A stretch of 64,000 nt of DNA, taken from Polymyxa betae A26-41 (lineage: Eukaryota; Protista; Endomyxa: Phytomyxea). The DNA is taken from contig RBZT01000125.1 of assembly GCA_003693705.1 (NCBI GenBank), forward strand, positions 467,966 through 531,965. The letters are read 5' to 3'. Below are positions 34,629 to 53,600 of the stretch, one piece after another (positions within the stretch are counted from its first letter, which is position 1; every line of letters starts with the position of its first letter). The position numbers and the translations under genes are program-made. A model generated the notes under the pieces. It was not told the origin of the DNA. It saw only the letters and a program-made list of their open reading frames with translations, and searched no databases.

Positions 34629-36201
34629 TTATATAAATAATAGCGGGCTCTCTATGGGAAGGAGGGCTGCTGAGACTTCGCTACTCTCCGTCCGTGATGA
34701 TACAACGCCATCCACTACTCTATTCATTCCTATAACATCTATTCGATCAGTTCGATATGGCAATACAATATAGGAGATAGCCGAGTAGCCATAAACCTGT
34801 GAGTGATTAGAACGCATGTTCTTCCAGATAGTTCTGGAACTTAGCAGAAGCGTTTGAAATGGGCTAAGGATGAAGGTAACAGCATCAATCGATGACCTTA
34901 TTTTACAAACTACAAAACGTTCATTCCATACTGGTTACCAAGATCGTCAAGTAGGCACAGCTTGTAAACATCTTGCCATCATCTAGAAAGACTGATGCAT
35001 CAATGACAAACTCGGAAAGTGGTGATATAACAACAAATACAATTGAGCTTACCGTACTGTAGTTCACAAACTAAACGATTTACAATCTGAGCACCTTTTC
35101 TAAGGTGGGAATTTTTATAACAAAAAATCAACAGTCAGACAATACAAAAACAGTACTTGCAGTCCGCAGTCCCCATTGTTTGGTATTGTTGCGATTTGAA
35201 AGCCAAAAAGCAAACTTTCAAGAAGCTATATGTCTCCTGGAAATGCGAACAGATCCTGACGCTGGTGGAAAGTATATAACTTGATGGGAACTTACCATCT
35301 GTCGGTTTAAGGAAGCGTTTGAAGAAGTTAACAACAATCTGTCATCGTTGCCTCGAATTACTATGCGTTTGCCACTTATAAGCAAGATCATCGATCGAGT
35401 GACCGAACAGCATTGCATGATGAAAATGAGGAGAGCGGGATCTATAAGTCATTGACAGAGAACCAACAATCCTTAAATCTGGATTGAGCAGTTAGATGCC
35501 TATCAAGCGTGTTTTCTTACGATAAAACGTTTTCCAGTAGCGATTATCTCAATGCAGCAGTACTTACAATTTTGATGTCTCCAAAAGTTAACAACATAAT
35601 CACGAAATTAAGCGGATTTAGCCACCTTAATGTGTGCGAGATCACTTCATGTAGTTGCCCAAGGCGTTCTAGTTGTGAACAACCGCTAATTTGTGAGAAA
35701 ATAGATTGGAACGGATAATAAAGATAGAATATTTGCTCTATATGATCTGGAATAAGTTTCCAGCATGCTATCGATTGGAGTATGGAATGGTAGCAAGACT
35801 TTAGATAAAATAACGTGTTTTTTACGACAAAGCCCAGGACCAATATGTCTAAACGATCAATCCCTCGAATGCCCCCTGAGCCATTACTAACAAAAACATT
35901 CATGTCCAGATATATGGCATCAGTTTGACCATTCTAGACAAGAGAATCAAGGAGCGTTTTGCAACTGGCATGGCCTCGGCCAGTAGTCACAGCACAGGTC
36001 GGAATGAAGAGGGAGTGAAGAATCAGATCTCATACAGAACTTGGCCAAAACAACCGACCCGCCTGTATTGATCTGAGAGAGAGACAGAGACAGAGAGAGC
36101 GACAAGAGAGACAGACAAGGTTTGCCGGGGGCGCCCACGTTCAAATCCGTGACGGACTCGTAGCGTAGCCGTGTCGATTTGGCGATGTTCTCGGATCCCA
36201 T
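34629..36201 (-). CDS. Hypothetical multi-exon gene or pseudogene; ends uncertain
   Basis: A series of GTAAG...YAG introns on the minus strand join several short exons in frame (..LNRQM|ETYSFLKVCF..ADCK|KGAQIVNRLVCELQY|DDGKMF..); the full model could not be closed. Confidence 0.4.
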
Positions 36202-36253
36202 GACGGGTCCGGGGTCGTGGCCCGAGCCCTTGCTTGGCGTTGGGCTGGATCGC

Positions 36254-37551
36254 ATGGGTCATACACCGACCTATGCGCCCCGAATTCGCCTGTCGCGATC
36301 CAGCAAAATTTTCCTCGGCATCGTCGTGAGCCAGTCGATTCTGGTACGATTTCGGTTGGCGAATCGCGGAAAACGTGATTCTGAGAATCGTTTAGATTGC
36401 ATTCGTCCGTCTATTAACCGATGTAATCTGGAAATTACCAGCAACAGCCAGCCATGGACTGCTAAATAGCGATCAGAACAGCTGGTTCTTTATCTGCTTT
36501 CTGATCAGCGCCTCCTACAATGTCCTATTCGCTTTGGACGCCGTCATCAATGAATCGAGACCAGCTTTATTCGCCTGCATAGGCTCATCCCTGCTTCTGA
36601 CTTTCCGCTCTGTTGTCGAATTTTCCTATAAGGAGTCCGCTTGCTCGAAAGAGTCACTGAACTGGATCTGTATACCAGGTGGGTTTTATGCTAGTTCATT
36701 GATTCTATTGCTAAAATAGACTTAGGACTGATAGAAGTCCTTTGCTATCAGGTGTTTCTTGTTAGCCTGGGATTAGGCAGCGTTATCACCCAAATGGGAT
36801 TCAGGTTGGATGCCTCTGCTGATCCTGCAGAATCGCTGTCTCAACCATTATTAGGTTCTATAGGATCGTTGGTGCCGATCTGTCATTAAGAGAAATCTAT
36901 GAGCGATATATTCAATGGGTCACCATGTACAGGCTGAATCAGGTAGAAAATATTGCTCAACCTTAAGAGTCTGCCTACTAATTCGTGCAGCAATTCTCGC
37001 TACTAGCTTTCGTCACTTCCTTGTTCTTCTCGAACTCGGTTTTACAAGTCCTATATACTGTGGTTTTTCTTCTGCTGGAAGCGGCTTGGGAAATTACTTG
37101 CGTTCTTGCCATTCACAAAGAAGATCCCGGATTGTCGCGGTTAGCTACCATTCTGTCAAGCTGTACTCCAGTGTATTCTGCAATCTTGCTGGTTTTGTTG
37201 GCTGGTGAGCTACCATCAGAATTCGTTGTTCTTATTTAATGGTCGATTTTTGCAGGAAACCCCTTCTTCTTTGACGGATTGATGCTGTTCAAGGTGTTCT
37301 TCCTTGTGGTTCTGAACATCATCAACAGGGTTATTGTCGAGATTCTAGCGCATCGTTTACGAGCGAGTTTCGGCCAAGGATTCCGATCGAGGATTTTGCC
37401 GAAATTAAATGTTCTTTCTTTGGCATTACCGTTTCGATGTTTGTCGGATCCTGGCACATGCTATACTGCTACAGTCGATTTACAGATGGATTCTCGTGTG
37501 AGTTCGAACAGCAGCAGTGCAGAAAGCTCTCCTTCTGCGGGTGACCTTTAG
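36254..37551 (+). CDS. Multi-pass membrane protein resembling the UPF0658 Golgi membrane family
   Basis: Spliced motifs DAVINES..LFA, MGFRFYRIVGADLSLREIYERY and FGQGFR; 7-8 hydrophobic helices. Confidence 0.7.
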
Positions 37552-37600
37552 TTCTATTTTTTGTTGGATCTATAAATATATCAAAAGTGTATTATGCAAA

Positions 37601-39569
37601 TCAGTCTATTGGCACCGGCAGCTTTGGATATATCACAGTCATGGAAGCTTTCGATATCCTTATAATTTTTGGAGCAATTTGCTCTTCAATGTCAGATTCT
37701 TCACTTGATCTGCGACGTTTGTTTTGGGCTTTGATTGTCTCTGGTGTATCAACAAAATCTTCCGGCCGGATATCGAACGGACCATTCGTTGTCTTTGGGC
37801 ACAACGATGCGTATAGCTTGATCAACTGCCGTGCTCGATTAAACAGCGGTTCAGACTTAGGCGGGTCGGTTTGCATCGATTCCGGATCCGGCCACTCAAG
37901 CGTCGAGTCAGAGAAGATCTCTTGCCACTGTCCAATTCCATGAATTCCGATGCCTCTTAGAAGGTTCAAGTCATGAATGTGCTGCCACCATGGCGGAAGG
38001 CTTGTTGTTGTTGGTGGTGGATGGTCAAGTAGCACAAGTTTCTCGATATCCTCGCGTGCGAGAACGTACGTTCTCAAATCATGCATTAAATCGATCCTCT
38101 TTCGGAACTTCTTGGCAACGACCCTTGTCATGACGCCATTATCCGCGTCCAACGATTCCGAAGTATTGGCATCACATCGGGAACTAGAAGACGTCAATTT
38201 TGCAGAATCCTCGCAAAACGACTGGAACGCTTTCTGTAGGAAAACCGTTATTTAAAAGCAAAGAATAGCCCGCTAACATTACCGCAAACGAACTATTCAG
38301 CTTATCTCTGAGACCTTCTCGGCGTCGGATCGCAGTCCAATCGATGGTTCCGTCGGGCCTTCGGGACACGCCATGAACCATCAGGGATCGCATGAAATCA
38401 ACACGCTGTCTTTTTGTGAACAGCTGTAATTTTTCCTCTCCAGACAACCTTAGATGGGCCGCAGCCTTGATTTTAAGCGACGTTCCTGCATTTAGCGTTG
38501 GTGTGCTGGTTTTTGGGTTATCGCTCAGCAGCTGGTCGAGCCGGACTAATAGCGATTGATGCGATGGAAACTGCTCTGCCCGATCGATATCGAAAGGCAG
38601 ATCACTGTCGTCACGAATTGCATCGAACTGGGTGTAACCATGCCTGGACGCACCGAGTAACAGGGCACGATCATCGTTCACAGTCCAATGCGGAACTGGT
38701 AAAGTGAGAGCAGACGGCGTGAGGCCTTCCACTGGATCGAAACCATGTTGCTCGTGTAAAACCATCATCTCCAGTAATAAATGCAGCGAGCGTAATCGTC
38801 TCGCCCAAACGGACGACGATTTTCGCAGTTGACGCCAACTAGAGATCACTTCAGGGATATTTGCAGGCTTTTCGCCACCGATGATGGAATCAAGATAGGG
38901 ACGGAGCGACCCGTTGCAATGCTCACGGATGCTCATGACAAAGGCTTGGGCGAATTGCAGAACTTCATATGGAACCCTCTTATGAAGTTCGGCGCGAAGT
39001 TTCACCTCAGCAGGACGGTGATAGCCGAAATCTTGAATGGCCTGCAGGAAGCGATCGCGTTCCGAAACGGACCAGATAGCCCGAGTGGCATCGCGCCCAT
39101 TGAATTTATCAGGAAGACGATATACAGAGGCGTCGTATGGACCGCGATCCATACTGGTAAGCGCCAGCAGGAACAGAAATTCATGGTGACAATGTTCGCC
39201 ACAAGGGACTTTGATTACATCTGTCGAATCAAGAGGGATTGGGACCGACCCAACAGTATACAAAAGGCCATTGATGACCACGCCCCTCTTGCCCAGAGGT
39301 AATAACTCGAACCGGCGAATCGACCAGTTGAACTGTATCAAGGCGTGCGTTCTGCTAATATCTACACAATCGCCAACATGCAAATCTGCAGGCGTAACAA
39401 TTCAGAAACCTTCGAAGATGTAGTAGCGAAAACTTGTGATCGTACCAACTCCACGCTTGTCGCCCTTCCCTAAGCTAACCGATAGCTTCCGAATGAAGAA
39501 CGTGGATTCGGCCGAGCGCAGGACGGCGAAGGCTGGAGTCGAGCAGGGCGGCATCGGAGCCAGGTCCAT
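37601..39569 (-). CDS. FHA-domain protein with two CHD6-9-type SANT/SLIDE-like modules and no ATPase
   Basis: FHA: AFAVL..FFIRKLSVSLGK, ISRTHALIQFN, LGKRGVVING; WSVSERDRFLQAIQDFG, WTVNDDRALLLGASRHGYTQFDAIRDD, FTKRQRVDFMRSLMVHGV, LPPWW..HDLNLLRGIGIHG. Confidence 0.8.
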
Positions 39570-39947
39570 AAACAGACGGCGACGCCGAATCAATGAAGAA
39601 TGAAGGTGGGGTGAAGGGGTGGCAGTCCCTCTCACTTGTAATCTCCACCAAACAGCGACCCCGACGGGTACCCACCCCCGGCTCGTGTCCTTCCAGCTCT
39701 CGAATGTAAGGTACAGAGTCCGCGAGACCAGAGCTTCTGGGCGATTCACGTCCGATAGAGAGCCCGCCTCCGGACCAAAGACCCATTGCAGCCGCCCGCC
39801 TACCTGTCAGTCGCAGGCGGTTTCTCGCTACGATCTTTATTGAGCTAACCTACGTCTCGCGAATACTCAGGCGTCATATCATGGAGAGTGTCGTTCCGAT
39901 TGAATAGCGACATCGTGGACCGTCGCTAAGGCACGCGCCTAAACACA

Positions 39948-40809
39948 ATGCAGTCGTCGATCTCACCCAAGGTTGCTGAAGATCATCCGAATGAGAAGAC
40001 GTTGAATCGTGCTGGTATCCCATATTGTGCCGCCTGCAAATCGTTGGTTGCTTGCGATATCGCTGACAAACAGTCGTACGCGCATAGTGGCTGGCTGCAA
40101 AGGAAAAAGTCGAAATTTCATATCAAAACCAAACGATGGTTTATCGTTGCTGATGGGCATATCTTCTATTATTCTGATAATGATGAAGTCGGCCGATCGC
40201 TGCCTAAAGGCGTTCTGCATTTGTCTCAAGGCTCAGTTGCTGATGGCGATGTCGATGACAGTCCACAGACGTTCTATCTGTCTGGAATTGACCATGAATC
40301 GCTGAAACTTGAAGCTACTAATGAATCTGAGAAAAGGCAATGGTTAGCGGTCGTGACAGATCAGATTGCATCGAAATCAACTGGAGCGCCTCGCCCCATG
40401 TCTGAATTAGGTCCACATTGCCGTATTTGTCCAGAGTGCAATGAGTCTGTCAGTTTGGATTCGTTTACGTTGGGATCGCATGTCGGGTGGCTTATTAAAC
40501 AGGTAAAGTCAAAAATAACCTAAAAACATTATATCTCTGTTTCTGATCATTATACAGGGTGGCGATATAAAAACATGGAATAGACGATGGGTTGTGCTAT
40601 CAAAGACCCACATGTGCTATTATCGCTCGCCAGAAGATGTGGCTGTTTTCAAACCTCTAAAAATGCTGCACTGTGGAAAAGCAGCTCGTCTTGAGCACGG
40701 CAACAAGCCATTCATGTTCACGGTCGATTCGGGCAACCGAGTGTTCTATTTTGTCTGTGAGAACGACAATGACTACCGAGAATGGTTGGACGCTCTTCAT
40801 ATCAAATGA
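39948..40809 (+). CDS. Tandem PH-domain protein
   Basis: HSGWLQRK..KRWF..FYY and GWLIKQ|GGDIKTWNRRW..CYY..EWLDAL; one intron near 40503-40557. Confidence 0.88.
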
Positions 40810-40935
40810 AACTGCTCTGATTAGAAAACAACTTTTGTGTCTTTTCGCAATGAGGAAAAACCTCTTTGTGGCCCAATAGGTAGCATCGGTTGAGATACCT
40901 CTTTAAGCAGCATTTATTAGCAGACACTTTGCCGA

Positions 40936-41979
40936 TTATCTCTCTTGACGGAACGGTTGATGAAACGCCTCGTATATACGAGCAGCCTTTAATGTTCCGA
41001 TTCCTGGACACTGACTAAGCTCATCTATCGACGCTGCCATTATCTGACAACAGTTCAAAAACAATTTTACAATGAAACGCGAGTCTCACATTCGATAAAG
41101 AGCCGAAAGCTTGCGCCAGGGTCACCACATCGGTTTTGTTGACTGACCGAATTAACGTCAGAACGGACGAAAATATTGAGGCGTGGTCCGATTCAATACG
41201 CTCCTTGATTGAATCGAACGGGGCATTTTCTTGAGCTTTGAACGTCTCTATGTATTGTGCAGCTTCTTGAATGCTAAATGCACAGACCATGGTCCAGTTA
41301 TTAATGAAGGCAACCCTGGTCAGGTCCTCTATTACACTTCCAACATCCTCCATGTCAACTAAGATAAGAAGCACTCGAAGCCGATAAGCATGCTTTAAAG
41401 GGCCCATTCGTGCATGTATGTATTCAGGACATTGCATATGATATCTAAAACAAGTAAAAATGTATTCTTTAAAGACGCAGTGAGATTCTCGAACCTCAAT
41501 GTTAGATATAAAACACAAGCGGAATTTCCAACCAGGTAATCACAAAGCAATGAATCGCCATCAGCAAATTTCCAGCGAACGTTTCGAATATAATGAAGTA
41601 GAGTATTCTTCTCTTGGCGGCGGCTAACGAGAATGCAATTTGGATCTGGGACCACAGACTGCTTCGAGGCAGATGCAGCAGCAGGCCAATTCTCACTATT
41701 GAACCGCCTCGCATCGTTTCGAGTTTGCTTTAGTTCATTCTGGGGTGGATTTGATATTATTTGTGTTTGTTTTTGCTCAGGTTGTGGTTGGATGTTGGAT
41801 GATTTAGCCTGTTTTTCCACCTGGAACAAGTCAGGGAGCTCAGGCTGGACACCAGCTTTCGACAGCGATGGTATCGAGAATCGAAACGGCCTGGATGGAG
41901 CACTTGGAACAGGCTCAGAGGGCGTCCGGGGTACCAAAACCGAAGGAGGGTTTGTCTGTGAGCCGTCATTCGACGACAT
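40936..41979 (-). CDS. ERCC1: DNA excision repair protein ERCC1/Rad10
   Basis: ILVSRRQEKN.LL..IRNVRW, DYLVG, LRYH...PEYIHARM, EAAQYIETFK, IRSVNKTDV, CPGIG..KA HhH motif. Confidence 0.96.
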
Positions 41980-42148
41980 GGATTCGATGATTATACCATG
42001 GCAGTGGAAACAGCGAGTCTGCCCACGGCCTTCGACGTTACTCACAATTGAACGGAACAGAACTACAGATAAATAAAATCATTTATTTCTTACAATCGAC
42101 GCTTGACATTGAGCAATAGTTAATTAAATAGTACCAGAGCGATTGCGC

Positions 42149-47043
<4,895 letters not shown>

Positions 47044-47656
47044 ATTTCCGGGAGGCCGCCATCACATTATGTTGCACCTTGTTATATGAACTCTGCATGG
47101 CGGCTGCCCACAGCCCATGCGTTGTTGGTCGCATCCATTGCACATTACTCTTTGTGTACGACAGTAACAGATCTGATCTACTTTGAATGCTGCTGTCGAT
47201 CAGATAAACCATGTTCAAAAGCGCTCGCTGAATGCAAAGAATAGATCCTCTCGTTCGGGAATTATTCAAACTTGCGGCTATACAATTTGCTTGATTTTCT
47301 ACATACGCAGAACAGAAATTAAAACCAAGAAGAATAAGAAACGCTTTAGGAAAAAGATCAGCGAATACTATTGGTTCAACTAGCAACGAAGCAGTCCAGA
47401 TCCGAACGTAAAGAGCAGTACATTTTCAGATTTGTTAAGGTGACCGGGTTCCTATCATTACGATAAAAAATTGAGGGGATGCCATCGAATATTAAAATGT
47501 CGAAGAAGGCTGCGGCTTCAACTATGATATACGTTACTACCTAGACAGCATTTTCACGATGATAGCGGGTGGTATCAACATTAAGAATCTTATCGTCCCT
47601 ACTGCAGGCTCAATCTGAACATGCTGCTTCTGGCAACCGATTTCTGATCTATAATC

Positions 47657-50600
47657 ATGACTGGACGGGGACTGGACCCAACTGGTCAGCAACATAATCA
47701 CTTGCTTTCCATTGAGCCAGAGGAGGTGGTTTTCACTAGTGTTAGACTGAATCAAGTACTGTAGTCGTTTTTAAACACGCCCTGTATAGAATCTAAACTG
47801 TCCATTCTTCATTTAGGTGTATACACAATGCGTTAGGATCAACAACCCACTTTCCTGTCCAGTTGACATTGAGCTGGTTTCCGGAAATAATGAAAGGGTT
47901 ACCGTTAATCCAAATAGCCTTCGGTTGAAGAGCCAGGAGGAAATGCTGGTAGAAATCCGGCTTTTGCTTCGTAAACCTGTATCCCGAATGACCGGTAGAG
48001 CACAAGATAAAGCCACAGACCGTGCTTACAGAGAAGTATGAAATACTTTTGATGATTGCTCATATCAGGACGTTAAATCTTTATAGATTATACATGTTAA
48101 GTCTACACATTTTCAGCAGAAATTTTTCGTTCTGTTCACATGCTGGGGCTCAATTCCAGTGATATCTTCGAAACCTCAATTGAGCTACACCAAGAGGTTC
48201 AAGCCCCGGATAGTGAAGTCAGATGACACAAAAGCAGCAAAAGCTTCAGATTTGGATAGCATCCAGATCTGTGATAGATGTGCTATACAAGCTGAGCGCC
48301 TTCAGCATCTTGAGAGCGCATTGACGAAACTGAATTCAGAAAGGCCCACTTTGGAAAAGGAAATAGCCGATTTGAAGCAGGAAAGGGACTTCTTTGTGCA
48401 AAAATCTAGTGCTTTGGATAAACTGCAAGTAATGTTAGCTTCCGAAGAGCATCCAGTTGCTGCAATGGTTGATGTTTTGCTCGAACACGAACGTGAACAA
48501 AACGAGTTTAAAAATCAAAAAATCTTAGTGATCTTGGAGAACAAAGACATGGAAATTGAGAGATTGAAGGGCGAATTATCTAGCCAACAATCTCTGGAAA
48601 CCCAACACCTGCATGAAATTGACACATTGCAGACCCAATTGGAAGAGTCCCTAAAAGAATTGAAATTTTCAAAGGAGAAGTTGAACCTTGCCGAGGACAG
48701 CATTGCGATGAAAGAATACGACCTTGCAAACCAGACGCAATTATTGGAAGAATTGACAAAGGTAACCCGTCCTAATTAACCGAAGAGATCATTCTGATTC
48801 ACGTAGGAAAGCTCCAGTTTAAGGTCTGAATCCCAGATGAAAATCTCAAGCCTTCAAAGTGAGAATGTCAGTACATAAAGCTCTTTGTACTTGCTTGCTT
48901 ACCATTTCAGACAGAAAATTCTAAAAAAGAAGCTAGAAGATGCCCAAACTGCCGTAAGCGAAATTGAGTCATCTGGTAGCTCAGTAAACCGGTTTGAGGA
49001 AGAAATTAAAGCTCTGCATTTGCAAATCACTCAGAATACTTCCCAACATCGCTCCGAGCTTTTAAAAGCTGAGGAAACAGTAATGGACCGCAGATATCAT
49101 TGTTCAATTTCTTATTATTACAGATAAAGAAATTGGAATGCGATCTACAAGAGCACGAAGTTCTCAAAGAGTCCAATTCACGCATGAAGCTGAAAATTGC
49201 AGATTTCAAACAGAAGCATCAAAAATACGCTCAAGAAGTCGAATCGCTCAAAAGGTTTAACAGATCCGCTTCTTTTAGAACGTCTGAAATTTTCCATTAG
49301 AGAATTCGAAAAGTCATTGGGCTTGCTTTCCGAAAAAGACACTATAATCAAAAGCCTGCAAGAGGAGATCACTTTTGAACAGCAGAGGTCGAGTGAGAAA
49401 AATGTTCAAAGACTGGAAACTGAAAATGCTCAAGCCAAAGAAGAGATTCAACACTTACAGGTACGTTGCAGAACCCGATTCTACAGGTTTCCCGAACTCG
49501 GTTTCTGTAGGATACAGTTGATCAGTTACAAAAGATGCATTCTCACATGCAAGCTTCTGTTTTGGATAGCGAAGTACAGTTTCGCCGACGTTGTAACAAA
49601 TCAGCAGCCGATTGGGGTGACAGTCGATCTTCATATGTTCAAACTCGTAAAGCCATTGCAACCATTTTCCAACGATTATGGAAGCAAGAAGCACCGTCAA
49701 ATGACTTGAAATCCTTACTGTCGCGTGTGCATGAAAAGTTAGATGAATTGGACTGCCATATTGAAGCAGCAAGGGCAAAAAATGACATTCACGACGCAGA
49801 ATTTCAAACCATGAAACTTGAAAACACCAGGTACACATTTGGTGAAAATGACAACCAATTGCTGATCATGAAGATTAGGGCATGCTCGCTTCTGCAATGC
49901 CGTATTACATCCAGAGAAGCTGAAATCCGTTATCTGAAGCTCAAGCTCAGCTGTCTACATTCAACAAAGGCTCAGGATGCATCGTTACAGGATGTAAGCG
50001 ATTGGATGCATCAATAGAATAGACAAATAATCTCAGCTGACTAATTGTAGGAACTCATACAGAATCTCGAGAGCCGATGCAGCTTCCTTGAATCCGAGCT
50101 TAACAAAATGAATTCCAGGGAGTCTTTGGCGCCCGACTTGATTCAGAAGCTTCAGGGACATTTAATTAAAATTGCAGCTCTTACTAAGAAAATGGCTGAG
50201 CGGAAATTCCGAAGTATGGGACAATTATTTTCTTCTACTCGTTGGCCTCTTATCTGCCATCCAGATTCACATGTGATGGTCGGAATTGAAGGTCCAATCA
50301 AGAATTGCTGCAATGACGATACGGAAATCATCCGAGAAAACGACACATTGAGATTAGAACTTCAGTCACTTCTGTCCAAAATCGCGAGTTTAGAACAAGA
50401 ACTAGATCTTGAGAGAAAGTTCGCCATCCAGGCTGAAAACCTTGTTTCAGATCTCAGGGACGACAGGTGTTCTGCCCAAAATGTGGAACCGATCGCTGAT
50501 GGCAACCAACCAACATCTGAATGTGTTATTTGCAAAGAACTTGAAGACCGATTGCACATGGCTGAAGCCCAAATTCAGAGGCTTCTCGAAATTATGCCCC

Positions 50601-53600
50601 AAAGTATACAATTTTACCAAATGTCTGGCCCTAACGTAATCTAATGTCTAGAGCTGTCATCCGTGGGAACGGCGCAACTGGAAGCCGAAATTAGCAGGGA
50701 TGAACGCTCTCGTTTTAAGCAACTGGAAATTGAACTGGAGGAAGCCAAAACGCATGCCAGCATTTTGATCCAAATAATTGAAACTATGCAGAATTCTGAA
50801 AGCCAGCAAACACAACAACAGAAAAACGCTTTGATCATGACCTTGTCTGCTCAATTGTCGACAGCGAAAGTATTCATCTTGTGACAATAATGCATCTGCA
50901 TGCTAATTGCTCTTTAGGTGATGGAGTGCTACAACGAGCGAAGATATCGTGATGTTAGCGATGCGTTGTCTTGCAGTCAACAATTGAATTCTGAGACCCG
51001 GCTGGCTCTCCAGCACTTGGAGAACGGAAACTTCGCTTTGATTTGCGAATTGCAACAATGTAATGAGCAGAAATTATTGCTTCAGGAAGACCTTCGTCAA
51101 GAAAGAATATTGAATCTTAAACACGTTTGTACTCTGGTCCGAGGTGTCAGGCGATCTGAAATGGTCTTCTAGAAACGAAGAACTGAATCGTGTATAATTT
51201 ATCCGCGAAAGTTGAAAGTAGCAAACAGTATTATCGAATCTTTGAGGAAAAAGCTGAACCGTCAACGACGATTGTTTGCTGATTTTTCGGAACATAAAAG
51301 TATGAACTTGTATACTGTTTTCATTCTCAAATCTGATCGCTGGTAGGTTCGCAGTCTGCTACAAATGAAGTTGCAAAGATTGATTGCTGCTCAACGTGCA
51401 AAGAACACATATCGAAACGAATCAATGAAGTCACCGATAATGTGAAATCGTTGATCTCGAAATTCAATGATGCAGATTTCCACCAAAAAGAGCGCTGCTT
51501 CGCCCTGATGAATGCCTTGATGGATTGTATCCGTGATTGCGTTGATTCCAAAATGGAAAGTGAGAAAAAAGTTCGGGTTCTTCAACAGCAATATAAACGA
51601 GACAACAAGACGATAAGGTCGGTTATAAAACTGTTTTGCGACGGATTAGATCCTAAGAAGATAGCAGCAATTTGCAACGGAATCTCGAATCACTTCAATT
51701 AGAGAATGAAATTGTTACCACTGCCATGAAGAAATTGGAGGAATCGTTTCCTAAAAACGCTGTAAAACCATGCAAGAAAACTTGTTGTCAGCGACCTCCT
51801 GAAAACTATAAAAGTTGTATAGCCCTTCTAAAATCAAGGATTCAGATCTTATCACAACAAAAGTAAGTGCTGGGACGAAGCATCTTATTATTTCTGATTG
51901 CAGATAGGAATATGCTTCAATTACAGCGAGATAGTGAGAAAACTGAATATGAGGCTAAGGTAGAAAGTTGAAAATTCAAAATATTTCTCTAACCGCAAAT
52001 CAAGATTGCATGTTTAAATCAAAAGCACGAAGAGACACTTGCTAAGCAAGTTAGATTGGAGGTGTCACTGGATGACCCGATTCTAGATCATTTCCAACAA
52101 TCTGTAAGTCTTGACATTGGAGTCCTTTTGATAGTTGTGGGTTAATGTGCTGGCTAGCACGAAAGAGAAGAGGAACCGGGTTTGGGCAAAGATAATCGAG
52201 TACAAGCTCAGTTAAATGCTTTCAAGACTGTCCAAAGTCAGCTGATGGAACGTATCGATTCATTAGTTAGATGTAATCAAAGTCTTCGCAATAGCCTGGA
52301 CAATACCAGACAACTTGTAAAAGTAATGGTGATTTTACTGAATTCCATCCGATGTTTTGAAATATCTAGAATTTGGAAATCATAGTGAAAGATAACGAAC
52401 TCGCTTTGATCGGGAATCTAACTCCTGCACCGAGCGTAGTATGCATTGCAGATACTGCTGAGTCATGCGGGCGTGCTAATAGCAACAAAATTACTGTGGA
52501 AAAGGTGATTCAAAAATTGAGAAAGATTTTCAATTTCAAATATCCTTAGAAACCTTCATCCCAAATCAACAGCGAGTCCGTACATTTTAAAGTCAGTTCC
52601 TCGATTGTAGCAAAAATATGAACTAAGTGTCATTTAGACGAGCAGTGTTAAAGTGCAAACTGTAAAATTTTGCATTCCATTTGCCAATTTCTCAAGCTCC
52701 TTTAGGATTCCAGATCAGAGAATCTTGATAAATCGGTGCAGACCAATCGAATTCCTGAGGTAAACATTGATGATCCGTTGCTGATTATGACATTTACTTT
52801 AGACAGAAGTTGACTGTGCTGGTCTAATGGAGAAAGTTACTACTCTCCAGGAGCAAAACACCAAGTTAGCTGATCAGCTATGCGCTCAGCTTTCTACCAA
52901 AAATTCAGACACCCGAGCTCCTAATTCTGTGTGCTCGCTGACTCAAGTTTCTGCAGTAAGGACTTTGATCCAGGTATGATCCGACTTGTCCACTTGTTGC
53001 AGAATGTTGATGCAAGGCCAGCATATGAAAACCAACATCAGCCATCTGCTCATGCTTGCTTCCAATTTGGATCTCCCTACTGTCAACATTTCGATCATCA
53101 AGCAAAATGTAAAAACCCAAGCTCTCAAAATCTGCTCAGAATGGAGATTTTTAGAACCAAAAATATGCTCTCTTTGTGATGTCAGTAACAATTGTTTTCT
53201 CATAGGTATTCAGGATGTCATTTCATTCTCAAACAGGAACGATCGAAACTTGCGGTTGGTGTGGACATGCTTCGTAAACAACTTCAGGAGCTTCGGGTCG
53301 GTTGTTGTAACCAGAATTCTGACTGATGTGTTTACTGTCGCCTAGCAAATGAAGTTCAACAACGAGAAAATCCAATCAGATTGTAATGGCTCTTTCAAGC
53401 AACCCGAGCCGGAACGACTAAGGAAAAGCAGAGGAATCCAAGTTTGCGAACGGCCCGATCAACGCGATCAGATCTCACAAACTTTGAAAAGTCTTGTAGT
53501 GCATTCAACAGTCCAGAGTGATCCGGTTTCAATTTCGATTGTACCAAAAAATTCTATAGGCGTTCAAACATTTTTTGATGATCAGACGCAGGTAATGTCC

